From contig NZZP01000036.1 in the NCBI GenBank assembly GCA_002698665.1, positions 5,125-69,124 of the forward strand: a stretch of DNA of 64,000 bases, in the 5' to 3' direction. The stretch is from Gammaproteobacteria bacterium. Lineage in GTDB: Bacteria; Pseudomonadota; Gammaproteobacteria; GCA-002705445; GCA-002716945. Below, in pieces: positions 43,406 through 54,814 of the stretch. The notes below the pieces were generated by a model that had not been told where the DNA came from, searched no databases, and saw nothing but the letters and a program-made list of their open reading frames with translations. The first letter of the stretch is position 1; each line of letters begins with the position of its first letter. Made by a program: the position numbers and the translations under genes.

Positions 43406-44598
43406 TGAAGATTTGTTTTTTTACAGAAAATACTCATAAAGGTGGTATGGATAAATTTATTTATACATTAGCTAATAATTGGCCCAACAAAGAAGATGAA
43501 ATAACGATACTTTGCAATAGCTCTCATCCAGGTTATGAAGATATAAGGAATCATTTAAATTCTAAATATATTATTAAACCATCTAATATAAAGCTTTCAT
43601 GGGAATTAAAAAATAATATCGCTAATTATTTACCTAGAAGTATCATTCCTGTAATATCTTTTATTCTGAAATATGTCCTATTTCCATATCAAATCTTTAA
43701 GTTATATGTCTATTTTAAAAACTCAAGCTTCAAAAAACTATTTACAATCAATGGTGGCTATCCTGGTGGATATTCATGTAGAGCAGCACCTATTGCATGG
43801 TATTTAGCAAAAAAGAATAAATCTAAAATGGCTTGTTTGAGTGCCGTTAAAGAAACATTTTGGTATGCAGCGCCTTTTGAATACCTCTTAGATAAAGCAT
43901 TGTATTTTTCTTTGAATGAACTGATTTTTCCATCTCAGTATGTCAAGGATACACAATTACTAAGGGCATCACTAAAAAATATATCTTCTACTGTTATTTA
44001 TAATGGTATTGATAAATTTCCTATAGAATTTCGCTCTAGTAAAGATAATAAAATAATTAAATTTTTAATGCTTGCAACATATGAAAAAATTAAAGGGCAT
44101 AGTCTTCTATTAGAGTCTTTTAAAAAAGTCATAGATAACTTTGACTGTACAAATTTTGAATTAACTATTGCTGGCTATGGTACTAATGAACAAAAAAGAA
44201 ATATAATTGACGAGATCAAATCAAAAAACCTAAATAAGTTTGTTAATCTATTAGATTTCCAAGAAAATGTACTAGAATTATACCAAGCCACACATGCTGT
44301 TATTATTCCATCCATTAAATATGAAGGATTGCCACTTACAGCTATAGAAGCAATGTCACTTCAAATACCGATTATCTCAAGTGATACAGGAGGTCTAAAA
44401 GAAATATTTAGCTTAAACAGGGATATAGGGCTTATTTCTAGTACCTCATCTTCTTCCATGTCAAAGAATATTTATATGTTCATTCAAAATCCTAATAAAC
44501 ATAAAATATATGGTCAGCATGGAATAGATACTTTTACAAAATATTTTACTAGTGAAGTTTGTGCAGCTAAGTATTATAGCAGTCTAATTAACCACTAA
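43405..44598 (+). CDS. Glycosyltransferase family 4 (GT-B)
   Basis: GGMDKF, IYNGID, KGH, PS..YEGLPLTAIEAM, SDTGGLKEI. Confidence 0.9.
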   Translation: MKICFFTENTHKGGMDKFIYTLANNWPNKEDEITILCNSSHPGYEDIRNHLNSKYIIKPSNIKLSWELKNNIANYLPRSIIPVISFILKYVLFPYQIFKLYVYFKNSSFKKLFTINGGYPGGYSCRAAPIAWYLAKKNKSKMACLSAVKETFWYAAPFEYLLDKALYFSLNELIFPSQYVKDTQLLRASLKNISSTVIYNGIDKFPIEFRSSKDNKIIKFLMLATYEKIKGHSLLLESFKKVIDNFDCTNFELTIAGYGTNEQKRNIIDEIKSKNLNKFVNLLDFQENVLELYQATHAVIIPSIKYEGLPLTAIEAMSLQIPIISSDTGGLKEIFSLNRDIGLISSTSSSSMSKNIYMFIQNPNKHKIYGQHGIDTFTKYFTSEVCAAKYYSSLINH

Positions 44599-44655
44599 TT
44601 TCTGATATAATCTATATTATATTTAATGATTGTGTTTTAATTACAGATATAATTT

Positions 44656-45318
44656 ATGTTTAGAAATCTAATTAAATTTATACTCTCACGAATCAGTTAT
44701 GATTATTATGTCAGAGGCATGACTTTAAATTTACAGCATGCTGTTTTTAATAAAGTACGATTATCAAAAAAATATAATAAAAGAGAATTACTTTGGAAAT
44801 CTCTCCTAGAAGAATTAGATGATAGAGAGATATTATATTTAGAATTTGGTGTCTGGAAAGGATACTCCATAGAATACTTTGCAAGAAATATACAATCTTC
44901 ATCATCTAAATTTATAGGCTTTGATAGTTTTGAAGGATTGCCAGAAGACTGGTATACAAATCCAAAAGGTACTTTTAACTTAGATGGTAAACCACCTAGT
45001 GTTCATGATAATAGAGTTAGTTATATCAAAGGATGGTTTTACGATACAGTACCGCCTTTTATTGATAGGCAGTTGCAGGCTCGAAACTATAATGAACTTA
45101 TAGTTCATTATGATGCTGACTTATATAGCTCTACTCTTTTTTGTCTATCACAGATCGATCGTCTGAAGAAACCATACTATGCCATATTTGATGAGTTTGT
45201 AAGAGATGAAACTAGAGCGTTATATGATTATATGCAATCTCACGGAGCTGAAATAGAGTTTTTAGGTTATACCGCTGAGAATCAAATGCTTTGTAAAATT
45301 ACCCCTCATAATTCATAG
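44656..45318 (+). CDS. TylF/MycF-like class I SAM-dependent O-methyltransferase
   Basis: YLEFGVWKG, GFDSFEGLPEDW, KGWFYDT, HYDADLYSST, IFDEF. Confidence 0.82.
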   Translation: MFRNLIKFILSRISYDYYVRGMTLNLQHAVFNKVRLSKKYNKRELLWKSLLEELDDREILYLEFGVWKGYSIEYFARNIQSSSSKFIGFDSFEGLPEDWYTNPKGTFNLDGKPPSVHDNRVSYIKGWFYDTVPPFIDRQLQARNYNELIVHYDADLYSSTLFCLSQIDRLKKPYYAIFDEFVRDETRALYDYMQSHGAEIEFLGYTAENQMLCKITPHNS

Positions 45319-45332
45319 CATATTATATAAGT

Positions 45333-46511
45333 CTATTTCAGCGAGTTAGTAATTCTCTTCATAGCATCTTCTAGAGAATGCATATCAATAGCAATCGATA
45401 TTCTTATATGCCCTTCTAAACCAAACGCACTTCCTGGTACAACAGCTACTTTAGATTCATTAAGAAGGTGTAAAGCAAGCTCACTATCATTATTAATAGA
45501 ACTACTATTTTTAATATATTCATGGAATGAAGGAAATACATAGAATGTACCATCAGTTTCTTTGCATAATACTCCATCTATTAGATTTAGTTGATTAACT
45601 ACAAAGTCATGACGTTTTTTATATTCATCACGCATCATTGGTAATTCATTACATTCGTTTATAAGAGCTGATGTAGCAGCTGCTTGTGATATTGAACTTG
45701 CACATGAAGTACTTTGTGACTGTAATGTTTTCATTTTTTTTATAATGTCTTTATTACCCGCAGCATATCCTATTCTCCATCCTGTCATAGAGTATGCTTT
45801 TGATACACCATTTAAAACTATCGTTCTATCTTTCAATTCTGGACAGACATTAATTATATTATGAAATTTTTCTTTATACCAAAATATATGTTCATATATA
45901 TCGTCGGACGATATGAATATGCTTGGATGTTTTAGCAAAACTTTTGATATAGATCCTAATAGTTTTGAGTCAAAATATTTTCCGCTTGGGTTATTGGGAC
46001 TATTAAGCATTAACAACTTTGTTTTTTTTGTAATCAGGTCTTGTAGTTTATCGATATCAATATCGAAGTTATCTTTATACGTTGTTTCAAGAAGAATTGG
46101 AATACCACCAGAATATACAACCATATCAGCATACGAAACCCAATAAGGTTGAGGAATAATAACTTCATCTCCATTATTAATGAGAACTTGAAGTAGGTTG
46201 AAAATTGATTGTTTACAACCAGCAGAAACAATTATTTCGTCAGCATCATACGACAAGTTATTTTCACTTTGAAATTTATGTATTATTGCATTTTTTAGTT
46301 CCGTTGTACCATCTACAGCAGTATATTTTGTGTTACCCTTATCTATTGCAATCTTTGCAGATTCCTTTATATAGTTAGGCGTGTCAAAGTCTGGTTCTCC
46401 AACTGTTAGAATTACAACATCCTCCCCACTTTGGCGCATTTCTTTAGCCTTGGAGGTTAATGCCATTGTTGAAGATGGTTTAATTAATTTTATTCTATTT
46501 GAAAACGTCAA
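45333..46511 (-). CDS. aspC: Class I PLP-dependent (aspartate) aminotransferase
   Basis: GEPDFDTP, NSPNNPSG, SDDIYE, SKAYSMTGWRIGY; TTG start; divergent from uvrB. Confidence 0.9.
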   Translation of the reverse strand: MTFSNRIKLIKPSSTMALTSKAKEMRQSGEDVVILTVGEPDFDTPNYIKESAKIAIDKGNTKYTAVDGTTELKNAIIHKFQSENNLSYDADEIIVSAGCKQSIFNLLQVLINNGDEVIIPQPYWVSYADMVVYSGGIPILLETTYKDNFDIDIDKLQDLITKKTKLLMLNSPNNPSGKYFDSKLLGSISKVLLKHPSIFISSDDIYEHIFWYKEKFHNIINVCPELKDRTIVLNGVSKAYSMTGWRIGYAAGNKDIIKKMKTLQSQSTSCASSISQAAATSALINECNELPMMRDEYKKRHDFVVNQLNLIDGVLCKETDGTFYVFPSFHEYIKNSSSINNDSELALHLLNESKVAVVPGSAFGLEGHIRISIAIDMHSLEDAMKRITNSLK

Positions 46512-46583
46512 TGTATTGCCTTGATAAGTAATAGTAGCTTATATAAGTCTTTTAAGTCAACTTCATGTTAGAATATTTCTAAT

Positions 46584-48614
46584 ATGAAGAAATTCAAATT
46601 GAAATCAATGTATAAGCCCGCTGGAGATCAACCTACTGCTATTTCTAGCCTAGTCAATGGAATAGATAACGGGGAATTACATCAGACACTTCTGGGGGTA
46701 ACTGGTTCAGGTAAAACATATACTATGGCAGAGATTATTGAGAGAACTGGGAAAACTACATTAATTATGGCACCTAATAAGACACTAGCAGCTCAGCTTT
46801 ATACTGAGATGAGAGATTTTTTTCCAGAAAACTCAGTTGAATATTTCGTATCATATTATGATTATTATCAGCCGGAAGCTTACGTACCAGTCTCTGATAC
46901 ATTTATTGAAAAAGATGCTTCTCTAAATGAACACATAGAACAAATGAGATTATCAGCAACAAAGTCTTTGACGGAAAGAAAAGATGCAATTGTAGTAGCT
47001 AGTGTATCTGCAATTTATGGTCTGGGTGATCCTGAAACATATTTAAAAATGAATTTACATTTAGTTGTTGGTGATTTAATAGATCAAAGAAAAATATTAT
47101 CAATGTTAGTGAATTTACAATATTCTAGAAATGATTTAGAACTTAGAAGAGGGACATATCAGGTAAAAGGTGAAATAATTGACATTTTCCCCGCTGATTC
47201 TGAAAAGGATGCCTTAAGGATTGAACTTTTTGATAAAGAAATTGAAAACATGTTTATTTTTGACCCTTTGACAGGAACTATACATAGGAAAGTAAAGAGA
47301 TTCACTGTATATCCCAAAACTCATTATGTGACTCCCAAAAATATTATGGATGATGCTGCAATTAAGATTAAGGAAGAGTTAAAAGATAGACTTATTTTTT
47401 TTCAAAAACAAAATAAACTGATAGAACTACAAAGATTAAGGGAGAGAACGAATTATGACCTAGAGATGATTGCAGAGATGGGTTATTGTTCAGGCATAGA
47501 AAACTATTCAAGGTATATATCACAGAGAGCTCCTGGCCAGCCACCACCATGCCTATTAGATTATTTGCCAAAAGATGGTCTAATTATACTTGATGAAAGC
47601 CATGTAAGTGTTCCGCAAATCGGAGGAATGTATAGAGGGGACAGGTCAAGAAAAGAGACATTAGTAGAATATGGATTTAGATTACCTTCCGCATTAGATA
47701 ACAGACCGCTAAAGTTTGAAGAATTTGAGGGTTACAATTTTCAAACAATATATGTATCTGCGACACCTGGTATATATGAATTAGAAAAATCAAATAAAAT
47801 TACTGAACAAGTAATTAGGCCTACAGGTCTTGTAGACCCTGTGGTAGAAGTAAAACCATCGTCAAACCAGGTTGAAGATGTATTATCTGAAATCAATAAG
47901 GTCTTAGATAACAAAAACAGAGTTTTGGTTACAACTTTAACAAAAAAAATGGCTGAAAATCTTACAGAATACTTGCAGGATTTTAATATAAAAGTTCGAT
48001 ATCTACACTCTGATATAAATACAGTAGAAAGGGTTGAAATCATAAGAGACCTAAGATTAGGAGAGTTTGATGTGTTGGTTGGTATAAATCTTCTTAGAGA
48101 AGGGCTAGATATACCTGAGGTTGAATTAGTTTGTATTTTAGATGCTGATAAAGAGGGATTTTTAAGATCAGATAGATCATTAATTCAGACAATAGGTAGG
48201 GCTGCCAGGAACATAGATGGCAGGGTGATACTATACGGCGATATTGTTACTAAATCTATGAAGACAGCTATGAGTGAAACAGAAAGAAGGAGGTCTATTC
48301 AACTTTCTTACAATAAATCTAATAATATTAAACCTGCTAGCATCAAAAAAGCAATAAAAGAAGCTCTTGATGAAGATGTATATGTATCTAATAAAAAATT
48401 AGATAAATTAACCTTGGTTTCAAATATTAAAAAGCAGTTCCCGAAAGTTAAGAGTGATAATGTAGTATCTGTCATCAAAGAATTAGAAAAAATAATGTTT
48501 AATCATGCTAAGGATTTAGAATTTGAAAAGGCAGCAAAACTAAGAGATCAAATTGAGACTTTACAGGCCAATTTTCTTGATATGCCTAATAAAAATAAAA
48601 GGAGTAAAAGATAA
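46584..48614 (+). CDS. uvrB: Excinuclease ABC subunit B
   Basis: [47 protein letters not shown] domain. Confidence 0.99.
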   Translation: MKKFKLKSMYKPAGDQPTAISSLVNGIDNGELHQTLLGVTGSGKTYTMAEIIERTGKTTLIMAPNKTLAAQLYTEMRDFFPENSVEYFVSYYDYYQPEAYVPVSDTFIEKDASLNEHIEQMRLSATKSLTERKDAIVVASVSAIYGLGDPETYLKMNLHLVVGDLIDQRKILSMLVNLQYSRNDLELRRGTYQVKGEIIDIFPADSEKDALRIELFDKEIENMFIFDPLTGTIHRKVKRFTVYPKTHYVTPKNIMDDAAIKIKEELKDRLIFFQKQNKLIELQRLRERTNYDLEMIAEMGYCSGIENYSRYISQRAPGQPPPCLLDYLPKDGLIILDESHVSVPQIGGMYRGDRSRKETLVEYGFRLPSALDNRPLKFEEFEGYNFQTIYVSATPGIYELEKSNKITEQVIRPTGLVDPVVEVKPSSNQVEDVLSEINKVLDNKNRVLVTTLTKKMAENLTEYLQDFNIKVRYLHSDINTVERVEIIRDLRLGEFDVLVGINLLREGLDIPEVELVCILDADKEGFLRSDRSLIQTIGRAARNIDGRVILYGDIVTKSMKTAMSETERRRSIQLSYNKSNNIKPASIKKAIKEALDEDVYVSNKKLDKLTLVSNIKKQFPKVKSDNVVSVIKELEKIMFNHAKDLEFEKAAKLRDQIETLQANFLDMPNKNKRSKR

Positions 48615-48672
48615 TAATGTAAACTATAATAGCTTGAGAATACGTCGGCAGCATGTTAGTTTTACATGGATT

Positions 48673-48746
48673 AGGCGCGTAGCTCAGCTGGTTAGAGCGC
48701 CACCTTGACATGGTGGAGGTCGTTGGTTCGAGTCCAATCGTGCCTA
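48673..48746 (+). tRNA. tRNA-Val (GAC)
   Basis: AGGCGCG-TA-GCTCAGCTGGTTAGAGC-G-CCACC-TTGACAT-GGTGG-AGGTC-GTTGG-TTCGAGT-CCAAT-CGTGCCT-A. Confidence 0.96.
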
Positions 48747-48759
48747 GTTGATTTAAATT

Positions 48760-50670
48760 ATGTATAAAGTAAATATTGAAAATAATTTTTTTGAAATTGG
48801 AAAAAATCAATCAATAGAGAAGTTAATTGATGAACATTTTCCTTCATCCAATATTGTTGCAGCTAAAGTTGATAATAAGCTTGTTGATTTAAGCCACGTT
48901 ATTTCAAATGATTCAGTTATAGAGCTTGTTAAATCTTCTGACCCAGATGGGCTTAATATTATAAGACACACTTGTGCACATGTATTTGGACATGCTATCA
49001 AACAAATGTATCCAGAGACTAAAATGGTTATTGGTCCAACTATTGAAAATGGATTTTACTATGATATTGATTCTAAGACTACTATATCAGAAAAAGATTT
49101 GTCTGGGATTGAATCTTTAATGAAGAAATTAGCCAAGAAAAATTATAAAATTATAAGAGAAGTAGTAGATAGAAAAAAAGCCACTGATATATTTCAAAAA
49201 CGTAGTGAAGATCATAAGGTTGCATTAATCAAAGAAATTCCTGAAAAAGACATAATTGCTATCTACCATCATGAAGAATACATTGATATGTGTAGAGGAC
49301 CCCATTTAACTAGTACTAAATACTTAAATTATTTTAAATTAATGAAAGTGTCTGGCTCATACTTGAAAGGCGATTCATCTCAACAACAACTCCAAAGAAT
49401 TTATGGAACTGCGTGGGACACTAAAGATGGTTTAAAAAACTATCTTCAAAAACTTGAAGAAGCTGATAAAAGGGATCATCGTAAAATAGGTCAGAAATTA
49501 GATTTATTTCATTTTCAAGAAGAATCCCCAGGTATGGTTTTCTGGCATAGCAATGGCTGGAAGATATACTCAACTATTAAGAATTTTATGACTGATTATC
49601 TATTGGATAATAATTATGAAATTATTAACACACCGCAAATCTTAGATAAATCATTATGGAAAAACTCGGGGCATTTAGATAAGTTTTCTGATCTTATTTT
49701 TGGTGTATCTTCGGAAAGTAAAGAGTATGCAATCAAACCAATGAGTTGCCCTGGCCATATTCAAGTTTATAACCAAGGCTTAAAGAGTTACAAAGATTTA
49801 CCTATAAAACTAGCTGAATTTGGTTTAGTCCATAGGAATGAGCCTTCTGGCACCCTTCATGGGCTTATGAGAATAAGAGCCTTTACTCAAGACGATGCTC
49901 ATATATTTTGTATGCCTGAGCAAATTGAGGATGAGATCAAATGTTTAATTAAAGATATTTATGACATATACAGTAAGTTTGGTTTTAATAATATTTTTGT
50001 TGAATTATCAACTAGACCTGAAAAGCGTGTCGGAAGTGATGAAATATGGGATAAGTCTGAGAACGCCCTTAAATCTGCATTAGACACCTGCAAAATAGAT
50101 TGGAAGATTAATAAAGCAGATGGAGCATTTTATGGCCCTAAAATAGATTTTTCTCTTAAAGACTCTTTAGATAGAGTATGGCAACTTGGAACAATTCAAC
50201 TCGACTTTTCGATGCCTGCTAGATTAGGTGCAAGTTATATATCTACAAATGGTGATAAAATTCCGCCAGTCATGATTCATAGGGCAATTTTAGGATCCTT
50301 AGAGAGATTTGTCGGTATTCTTCTTGAAGAATATGCTGGTGATATGCCACTTTGGCTAGCACCGACCCAGGTAGCTATCCTAAATATATCTGAGAATCAA
50401 ATTAATCAATGTCAAAAGATTGATAAAAAACTTAGACAAAATGGGATGAGAACAATAACAGATTTTAGAAATGAAAAAATTAGTTATAAAATTAGGGAAT
50501 ATAGTATGATGAGGGTTCCATATTTAGCTATTATTGGTGATAAAGAGGTGGAACGAAATACAATTTCTTTAAGGCTGAGAACAGGTGAGGATATTGGTAT
50601 CATGGATGTTGATAAATTTATTAAAATGGTAGAAACTTTAGTAGAAGATAAATCAATTAATTTAAAATAA
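48760..50670 (+). CDS. thrS: Threonine-tRNA ligase
   Basis: RHTCAH editing motif, DMCRGPH, KPMSCPGH, HRNEPSGTLHGLMRIR, GAFYGPK. Confidence 0.99.
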   Translation: MYKVNIENNFFEIGKNQSIEKLIDEHFPSSNIVAAKVDNKLVDLSHVISNDSVIELVKSSDPDGLNIIRHTCAHVFGHAIKQMYPETKMVIGPTIENGFYYDIDSKTTISEKDLSGIESLMKKLAKKNYKIIREVVDRKKATDIFQKRSEDHKVALIKEIPEKDIIAIYHHEEYIDMCRGPHLTSTKYLNYFKLMKVSGSYLKGDSSQQQLQRIYGTAWDTKDGLKNYLQKLEEADKRDHRKIGQKLDLFHFQEESPGMVFWHSNGWKIYSTIKNFMTDYLLDNNYEIINTPQILDKSLWKNSGHLDKFSDLIFGVSSESKEYAIKPMSCPGHIQVYNQGLKSYKDLPIKLAEFGLVHRNEPSGTLHGLMRIRAFTQDDAHIFCMPEQIEDEIKCLIKDIYDIYSKFGFNNIFVELSTRPEKRVGSDEIWDKSENALKSALDTCKIDWKINKADGAFYGPKIDFSLKDSLDRVWQLGTIQLDFSMPARLGASYISTNGDKIPPVMIHRAILGSLERFVGILLEEYAGDMPLWLAPTQVAILNISENQINQCQKIDKKLRQNGMRTITDFRNEKISYKIREYSMMRVPYLAIIGDKEVERNTISLRLRTGEDIGIMDVDKFIKMVETLVEDKSINLK

Positions 50671-50685
50671 ATTAGGAGTGAAGTT

Positions 50686-51201
50686 ATAGCAAATAATAAA
50701 AGACTTAGGATGAATGCAAGAATTACTGCAGATAAAGTAAGACTTATAGCATCAAATGGGGATCAAATTGGCGTAGTTGACTCATCTAAAGCCCTTGATT
50801 TAGCACAACAAGAAGACCTAGATCTTGTTGAAATAGTCCCAAATCAAAAACCGCCTGTATGTAGAATAATGGATTATGGGAAGTATAAGTTTGAGAGTCA
50901 GAAAAAAGCCCATGCAGCTAAAAAGAAACAAAAACAGACACAAGTAAAAGAAATTAAGTTTAGACCAAATACAGAAGAAGCGGATTATCAAGTAAAACTT
51001 AAAAGCCTAATAAAATTTCTTAGTGGTGGCGATAAGGCAAAAATAACCATGCGCTTTAGAGGTAGAGAAATTGCCCACCAGGTTATCGGTAGAGACTTTC
51101 TAGATAGAGTTCAAAAAGATTTAGATGATTATGGAATTGTAGAGCAAATTCCATCATTTGAAGGAAGACAAATGGTAATGGTTATAGCGCCGAAGAAATA
51201 A
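50686..51201 (+). CDS. infC: Translation initiation factor IF-3 (non-canonical ATA start)
   Basis: AGGAG (50674-50678), 7 nt, then ATA at 50686 in frame with the ORF; [35 protein letters not shown]. Confidence 0.93.
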   Translation: MANNKRLRMNARITADKVRLIASNGDQIGVVDSSKALDLAQQEDLDLVEIVPNQKPPVCRIMDYGKYKFESQKKAHAAKKKQKQTQVKEIKFRPNTEEADYQVKLKSLIKFLSGGDKAKITMRFRGREIAHQVIGRDFLDRVQKDLDDYGIVEQIPSFEGRQMVMVIAPKK

Positions 51202-51242
51202 TTACTGTATACTTGTATCGTTTTAGATTAAAAGAGGTAATT

Positions 51243-51437
51243 ATGCCAAAAATGAAAAGTAATAGTGGGGCTGCTAAGAGATTCAAGAAGACGCCATCTG
51301 GAGAGTTGAAGAGAGCTCAATCACATAGAAGGCATATTTTGACAAAAAAAAGCACAAAACGTAAAAGACATTTGAGAGATGATTTATTGATTAGTAAGGC
51401 TGATAAGGCCTTGGTCAAAAAAATGTTACCATACTAA
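51243..51437 (+). CDS. rpmI: 50S ribosomal protein L35
   Basis: [15 protein letters not shown]...[15 protein letters not shown]; GAGG RBS before the ATG at 51243. Confidence 0.97.
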   Translation: MPKMKSNSGAAKRFKKTPSGELKRAQSHRRHILTKKSTKRKRHLRDDLLISKADKALVKKMLPY

Positions 51438-51448
51438 AGGAGTAAATT

Positions 51449-51802
51449 ATGGCCCGTGTAAAACGTGGTGTAGTAGCACATGCTAGACACAAGAAAATAC
51501 TAAAATTAGCTAAAGGGTACAGAGGCGCTAGGAGTCGTGTATATAGAGTTGCTAAGCAGGCTGTAATTAAAGCTGGTCAGTATGCATACATTGGACGCAA
51601 ACAAAGAAAAAGGCAATTTAGATCATTATGGATTACAAAAATAAATGCCGCTGCTAGACAGAACAATATGTCATATAGTCAGTTGATGAACCAATTAAAA
51701 AAGGCTGATATAACTATTAACCGTAAAATGCTGGCCGACTTAGCAGTCAATAATGCAGCTAGTTTTACAGCAATAGTTAATTCTATAGCTGCACAAAAAT
51801 AA
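51449..51802 (+). CDS. rplT: 50S ribosomal protein L20
   Basis: [37 protein letters not shown]. Confidence 0.99.
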   Translation: MARVKRGVVAHARHKKILKLAKGYRGARSRVYRVAKQAVIKAGQYAYIGRKQRKRQFRSLWITKINAAARQNNMSYSQLMNQLKKADITINRKMLADLAVNNAASFTAIVNSIAAQK

Positions 51803-51813
51803 ATTTTACTGTT

Positions 51814-52794
51814 GTGTCGCAGCATTATAATTCATTAATATCCGAACTTAGAAAAACCGTTGATGACTGTGAGTCACAACATGATTTAATGAATGTTAAA
51901 TCTAAATACCTTGGCAAAAAAGGATTAATCACTATTGAGTTTGAAAGTCTCAGAGCTGCTCAAGATGATGAAAAAAAAGAGCTTGGAAGACTATTAAATG
52001 ACCTTAAAAATACCGCATTAGAAATAATAAATGAAAAACAAAACTCATTAATTAATAATCTTTCATTAGATAATAAAATAGATGTTACATTGCCTGGCAA
52101 AAATATATCTATTGGGTCAAGGCACCCTGTATCAATAGTAATAAATGAGATTACTGAAATATTATCTCATTATGGCTTTACACAGGAAACAGGATTAGAA
52201 ATTGAGGATGAATTTCATAATTTTGAAGCATTAAATATACCATCCACTCATCCAGCTAGAGATATGCATGATACATTCTATGTTGATAACAATAAATTAT
52301 TAAGAACTCACACGTCTTCAGTTCAAATAAGATCAATGAAAAACTCAAAACCACCTATAAAGATTATGACACCTGGCAAAGTTTACAGATGTGATTCTGA
52401 TCCTACTCATTCTCCGATGTTCCATCAAATAGAGGGTTTACATATTGATTCAAATATTAATTTCTGTCACCTAAAAGGTGTATTAAAAGATTTTATAGAT
52501 GAGTTTTTTGGAAGAAAGACTGAGATAAGATTTAGGCCATCTTATTTTCCTTTTACGGAACCATCAGCAGAACTTGATATTAAATTTAATGGTAGGTGGC
52601 TAGAAGTTTTAGGGTGTGGGATGGTTCACCCCAATGTTTTGCGTAATGTAGGGATTAACTCCAAAAATTACTCAGGCTATGCTTTTGGTTTAGGTATTGA
52701 AAGATTTGCAATGCTTAAGTTTGGCATAAAAGATTTAAGGATGTTTTATGAAAATGACTTATCATTTCTCGCTCAATTTGAAGGTCTAAAATAG
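51814..52794 (+). CDS. pheS: Phenylalanine-tRNA ligase alpha subunit
   Basis: HPARDMHDTFY, LRTHTS, FHQIEG, RPSYFPFTEPSAE, FGLGIER. Confidence 0.98.
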   Translation: MSQHYNSLISELRKTVDDCESQHDLMNVKSKYLGKKGLITIEFESLRAAQDDEKKELGRLLNDLKNTALEIINEKQNSLINNLSLDNKIDVTLPGKNISIGSRHPVSIVINEITEILSHYGFTQETGLEIEDEFHNFEALNIPSTHPARDMHDTFYVDNNKLLRTHTSSVQIRSMKNSKPPIKIMTPGKVYRCDSDPTHSPMFHQIEGLHIDSNINFCHLKGVLKDFIDEFFGRKTEIRFRPSYFPFTEPSAELDIKFNGRWLEVLGCGMVHPNVLRNVGINSKNYSGYAFGLGIERFAMLKFGIKDLRMFYENDLSFLAQFEGLK

Positions 52795-52796
52795 TC

Positions 52797-54812
52797 ATGA
52801 AAGTTAGTTATAATTGGATTAAAGAGTTTGTGCCAGGCATAAAGAAGAATAACATATCAGATCAACTTACATCACTTGGTTTAGAAGTTTCCTCTGCTAT
52901 TTATAAAAATAATGATTTAATTTTAGATATAGATTTAACTCCTAATAGAGCTGATTGTTTATCTGTAATTGGAATTTCTAAAGATTTAAGATCAATACAT
53001 AAAACAATGATAAAAGAGCCCTTATATAAAAAACTTCACGGTGTAAGCTCAAAAAAATCTATTTTGAAAGTTGATAAAAAGATATCATCGAATTATAACT
53101 TACTCACAATAAGTAATATTAATAACAAAATTAGTACACCAAAATTTATTATTAATCGTCTAAGTGCTTCACAAATAAAGCATGTTAATTTTATTGTTGA
53201 TATCTTAAATTATGTGATGCTTGAAAATGGACAGCCCATGCATGCGTTTGATAAAGATAAATTTAATGGTAAAGTTAATGTTAGATTCGCAAAAAAAAAT
53301 GAAAAAATTAATGCATTAGATTCTAACTTATATAATTTAGAAAATGATATGCCTGTTATTGCAGATGATTGTAATGTTCATGCAATAGCTGGGATTATTG
53401 GATCGACCTATTCATCTATAACAAAGTCTACTAAAAACTTAATGATTGAGTCTGCATTTTTTGATCCTAATATAGTAAGAAGGACTGCCAAAACTTTAAG
53501 AATTCAAACCGATGCATCGCATAGATTTGAAAGAGGTGTAGATCCTACTTTGGGTAAATACGCTATCATGCGAGTATTTTATCTTTTAGCAAAGTATTCT
53601 ACATATGACAATTATTGTTATGATGTTAGAACTGCAAATAATCTACCTGTACATATTCAAAAAAAAATTAAAATTGAGTTTAATCATATAAAAGATTTGC
53701 TTGGTGTGAATCTAGATAATAAATTTATAGTTAGAACATTAACACTATTAAATTTTAAGCCCAGTGTTACAAAAAATAGTATCACTGTTCGTGTTCCAAG
53801 TAATAGATTTGATATAAATATACCTGAAGACTTGATTGAAGAGATAGCTAGAGTCTATGGTTATGATAATATTACCTCTACCCCTGACATAACTCAAAAA
53901 AAGATATCCAATAATACCGCAAATCAATTAAATAATTATCTAAATATATTTGTCACGAGAGGGTACAACGAAGTTATATCGTTTAGCTTGCTACCAAGAA
54001 ATATACAAAAATTCTCCAGCAGTGATAAAAATATTATTTCTATTCAAAATCCTATATCTGAAGATAAATCTGAGTTAAGAACAAGTATGATTTACAGTAT
54101 GATTGATACATATAAATATAATGCTACTAGACAGCAGTTTAATATAAAGATTTTTGAATCTGGGAAAATATATAAATCTCAAAAGAAAAAAATAATTGAA
54201 ACTAATATAATCAGTGGCTTATTATCAGGATTAAATTCTGGTTTTAATCTTAAAGCTGATCAAAATCTTATTGACTTCTTTGATATGAAGGGTGATTTAA
54301 TGAGTATATTTCATAATATTACTTTTAAGCCCTCTAATTCTTTAGATTATCTAGAAAAAAGTAGTCAAGCTATGATATATCAGAATAAAAAACTTGTAGG
54401 GCATTGTGGAGAGGTAAAGAAATCCCTGTATAGTGATATTTCTCGCAAATACCCTTTATACTTTTTTGAGATTTTGCCAGATAATCTACATCACACAGTA
54501 GATGTAAAATATAATGAGATATCAATTTTTCCAAAGGTCAAGAGAGATTTAACTATTTTACTTGATGATAAAATTTCAGGACAAGATATAATAGATAAAG
54601 TAGAAAGAATGTCACTTAAACAACTGAAAAATATTAGAATAAGTGATATATTTTATAATGAGAAAGATTTTAGAACAAACGAAAAAAGCATGACCTTCGA
54701 GTTAATTTTTCAGGATAAGAAGTCTACTCTTACAGATAAAAAAGTAAATAATCTAATGATACTTATCACGCAAGAAGTACAAAAGCATCTAGAGGTTAAA
54801 ATTAGAAGTTAA
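52797..54812 (+). CDS. pheT: Phenylalanine-tRNA ligase beta subunit lacking the B2 OB-fold
   Basis: [12 protein letters not shown] directly followed by [39 protein letters not shown]-terminal FPKVKRDL. Confidence 0.96.
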   Translation: MKVSYNWIKEFVPGIKKNNISDQLTSLGLEVSSAIYKNNDLILDIDLTPNRADCLSVIGISKDLRSIHKTMIKEPLYKKLHGVSSKKSILKVDKKISSNYNLLTISNINNKISTPKFIINRLSASQIKHVNFIVDILNYVMLENGQPMHAFDKDKFNGKVNVRFAKKNEKINALDSNLYNLENDMPVIADDCNVHAIAGIIGSTYSSITKSTKNLMIESAFFDPNIVRRTAKTLRIQTDASHRFERGVDPTLGKYAIMRVFYLLAKYSTYDNYCYDVRTANNLPVHIQKKIKIEFNHIKDLLGVNLDNKFIVRTLTLLNFKPSVTKNSITVRVPSNRFDINIPEDLIEEIARVYGYDNITSTPDITQKKISNNTANQLNNYLNIFVTRGYNEVISFSLLPRNIQKFSSSDKNIISIQNPISEDKSELRTSMIYSMIDTYKYNATRQQFNIKIFESGKIYKSQKKKIIETNIISGLLSGLNSGFNLKADQNLIDFFDMKGDLMSIFHNITFKPSNSLDYLEKSSQAMIYQNKKLVGHCGEVKKSLYSDISRKYPLYFFEILPDNLHHTVDVKYNEISIFPKVKRDLTILLDDKISGQDIIDKVERMSLKQLKNIRISDIFYNEKDFRTNEKSMTFELIFQDKKSTLTDKKVNNLMILITQEVQKHLEVKIRS

Positions 54813-54814
54813 TT

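Noticed and set aside
42503-45332. Integrative element or prophage at tRNA-Asn
   Set aside because: No integrase, phage genes or duplicated tRNA 3' end visible; treated only as a variable islet
48586-48810. 74-aa - strand ORF (GTIGLEPTTSTMSRWRSNQLSYAP)
   Set aside because: Typical spurious translation of the antisense strand of tRNA-Val
51203-51222. Possible LexA box (CTGTATACTTGTATCG) between infC and rpmI
   Set aside because: The right half-site is not ACAG and the context is not an SOS gene; more likely a TATACT -10 element. No SOS box was seen upstream of uvrB either
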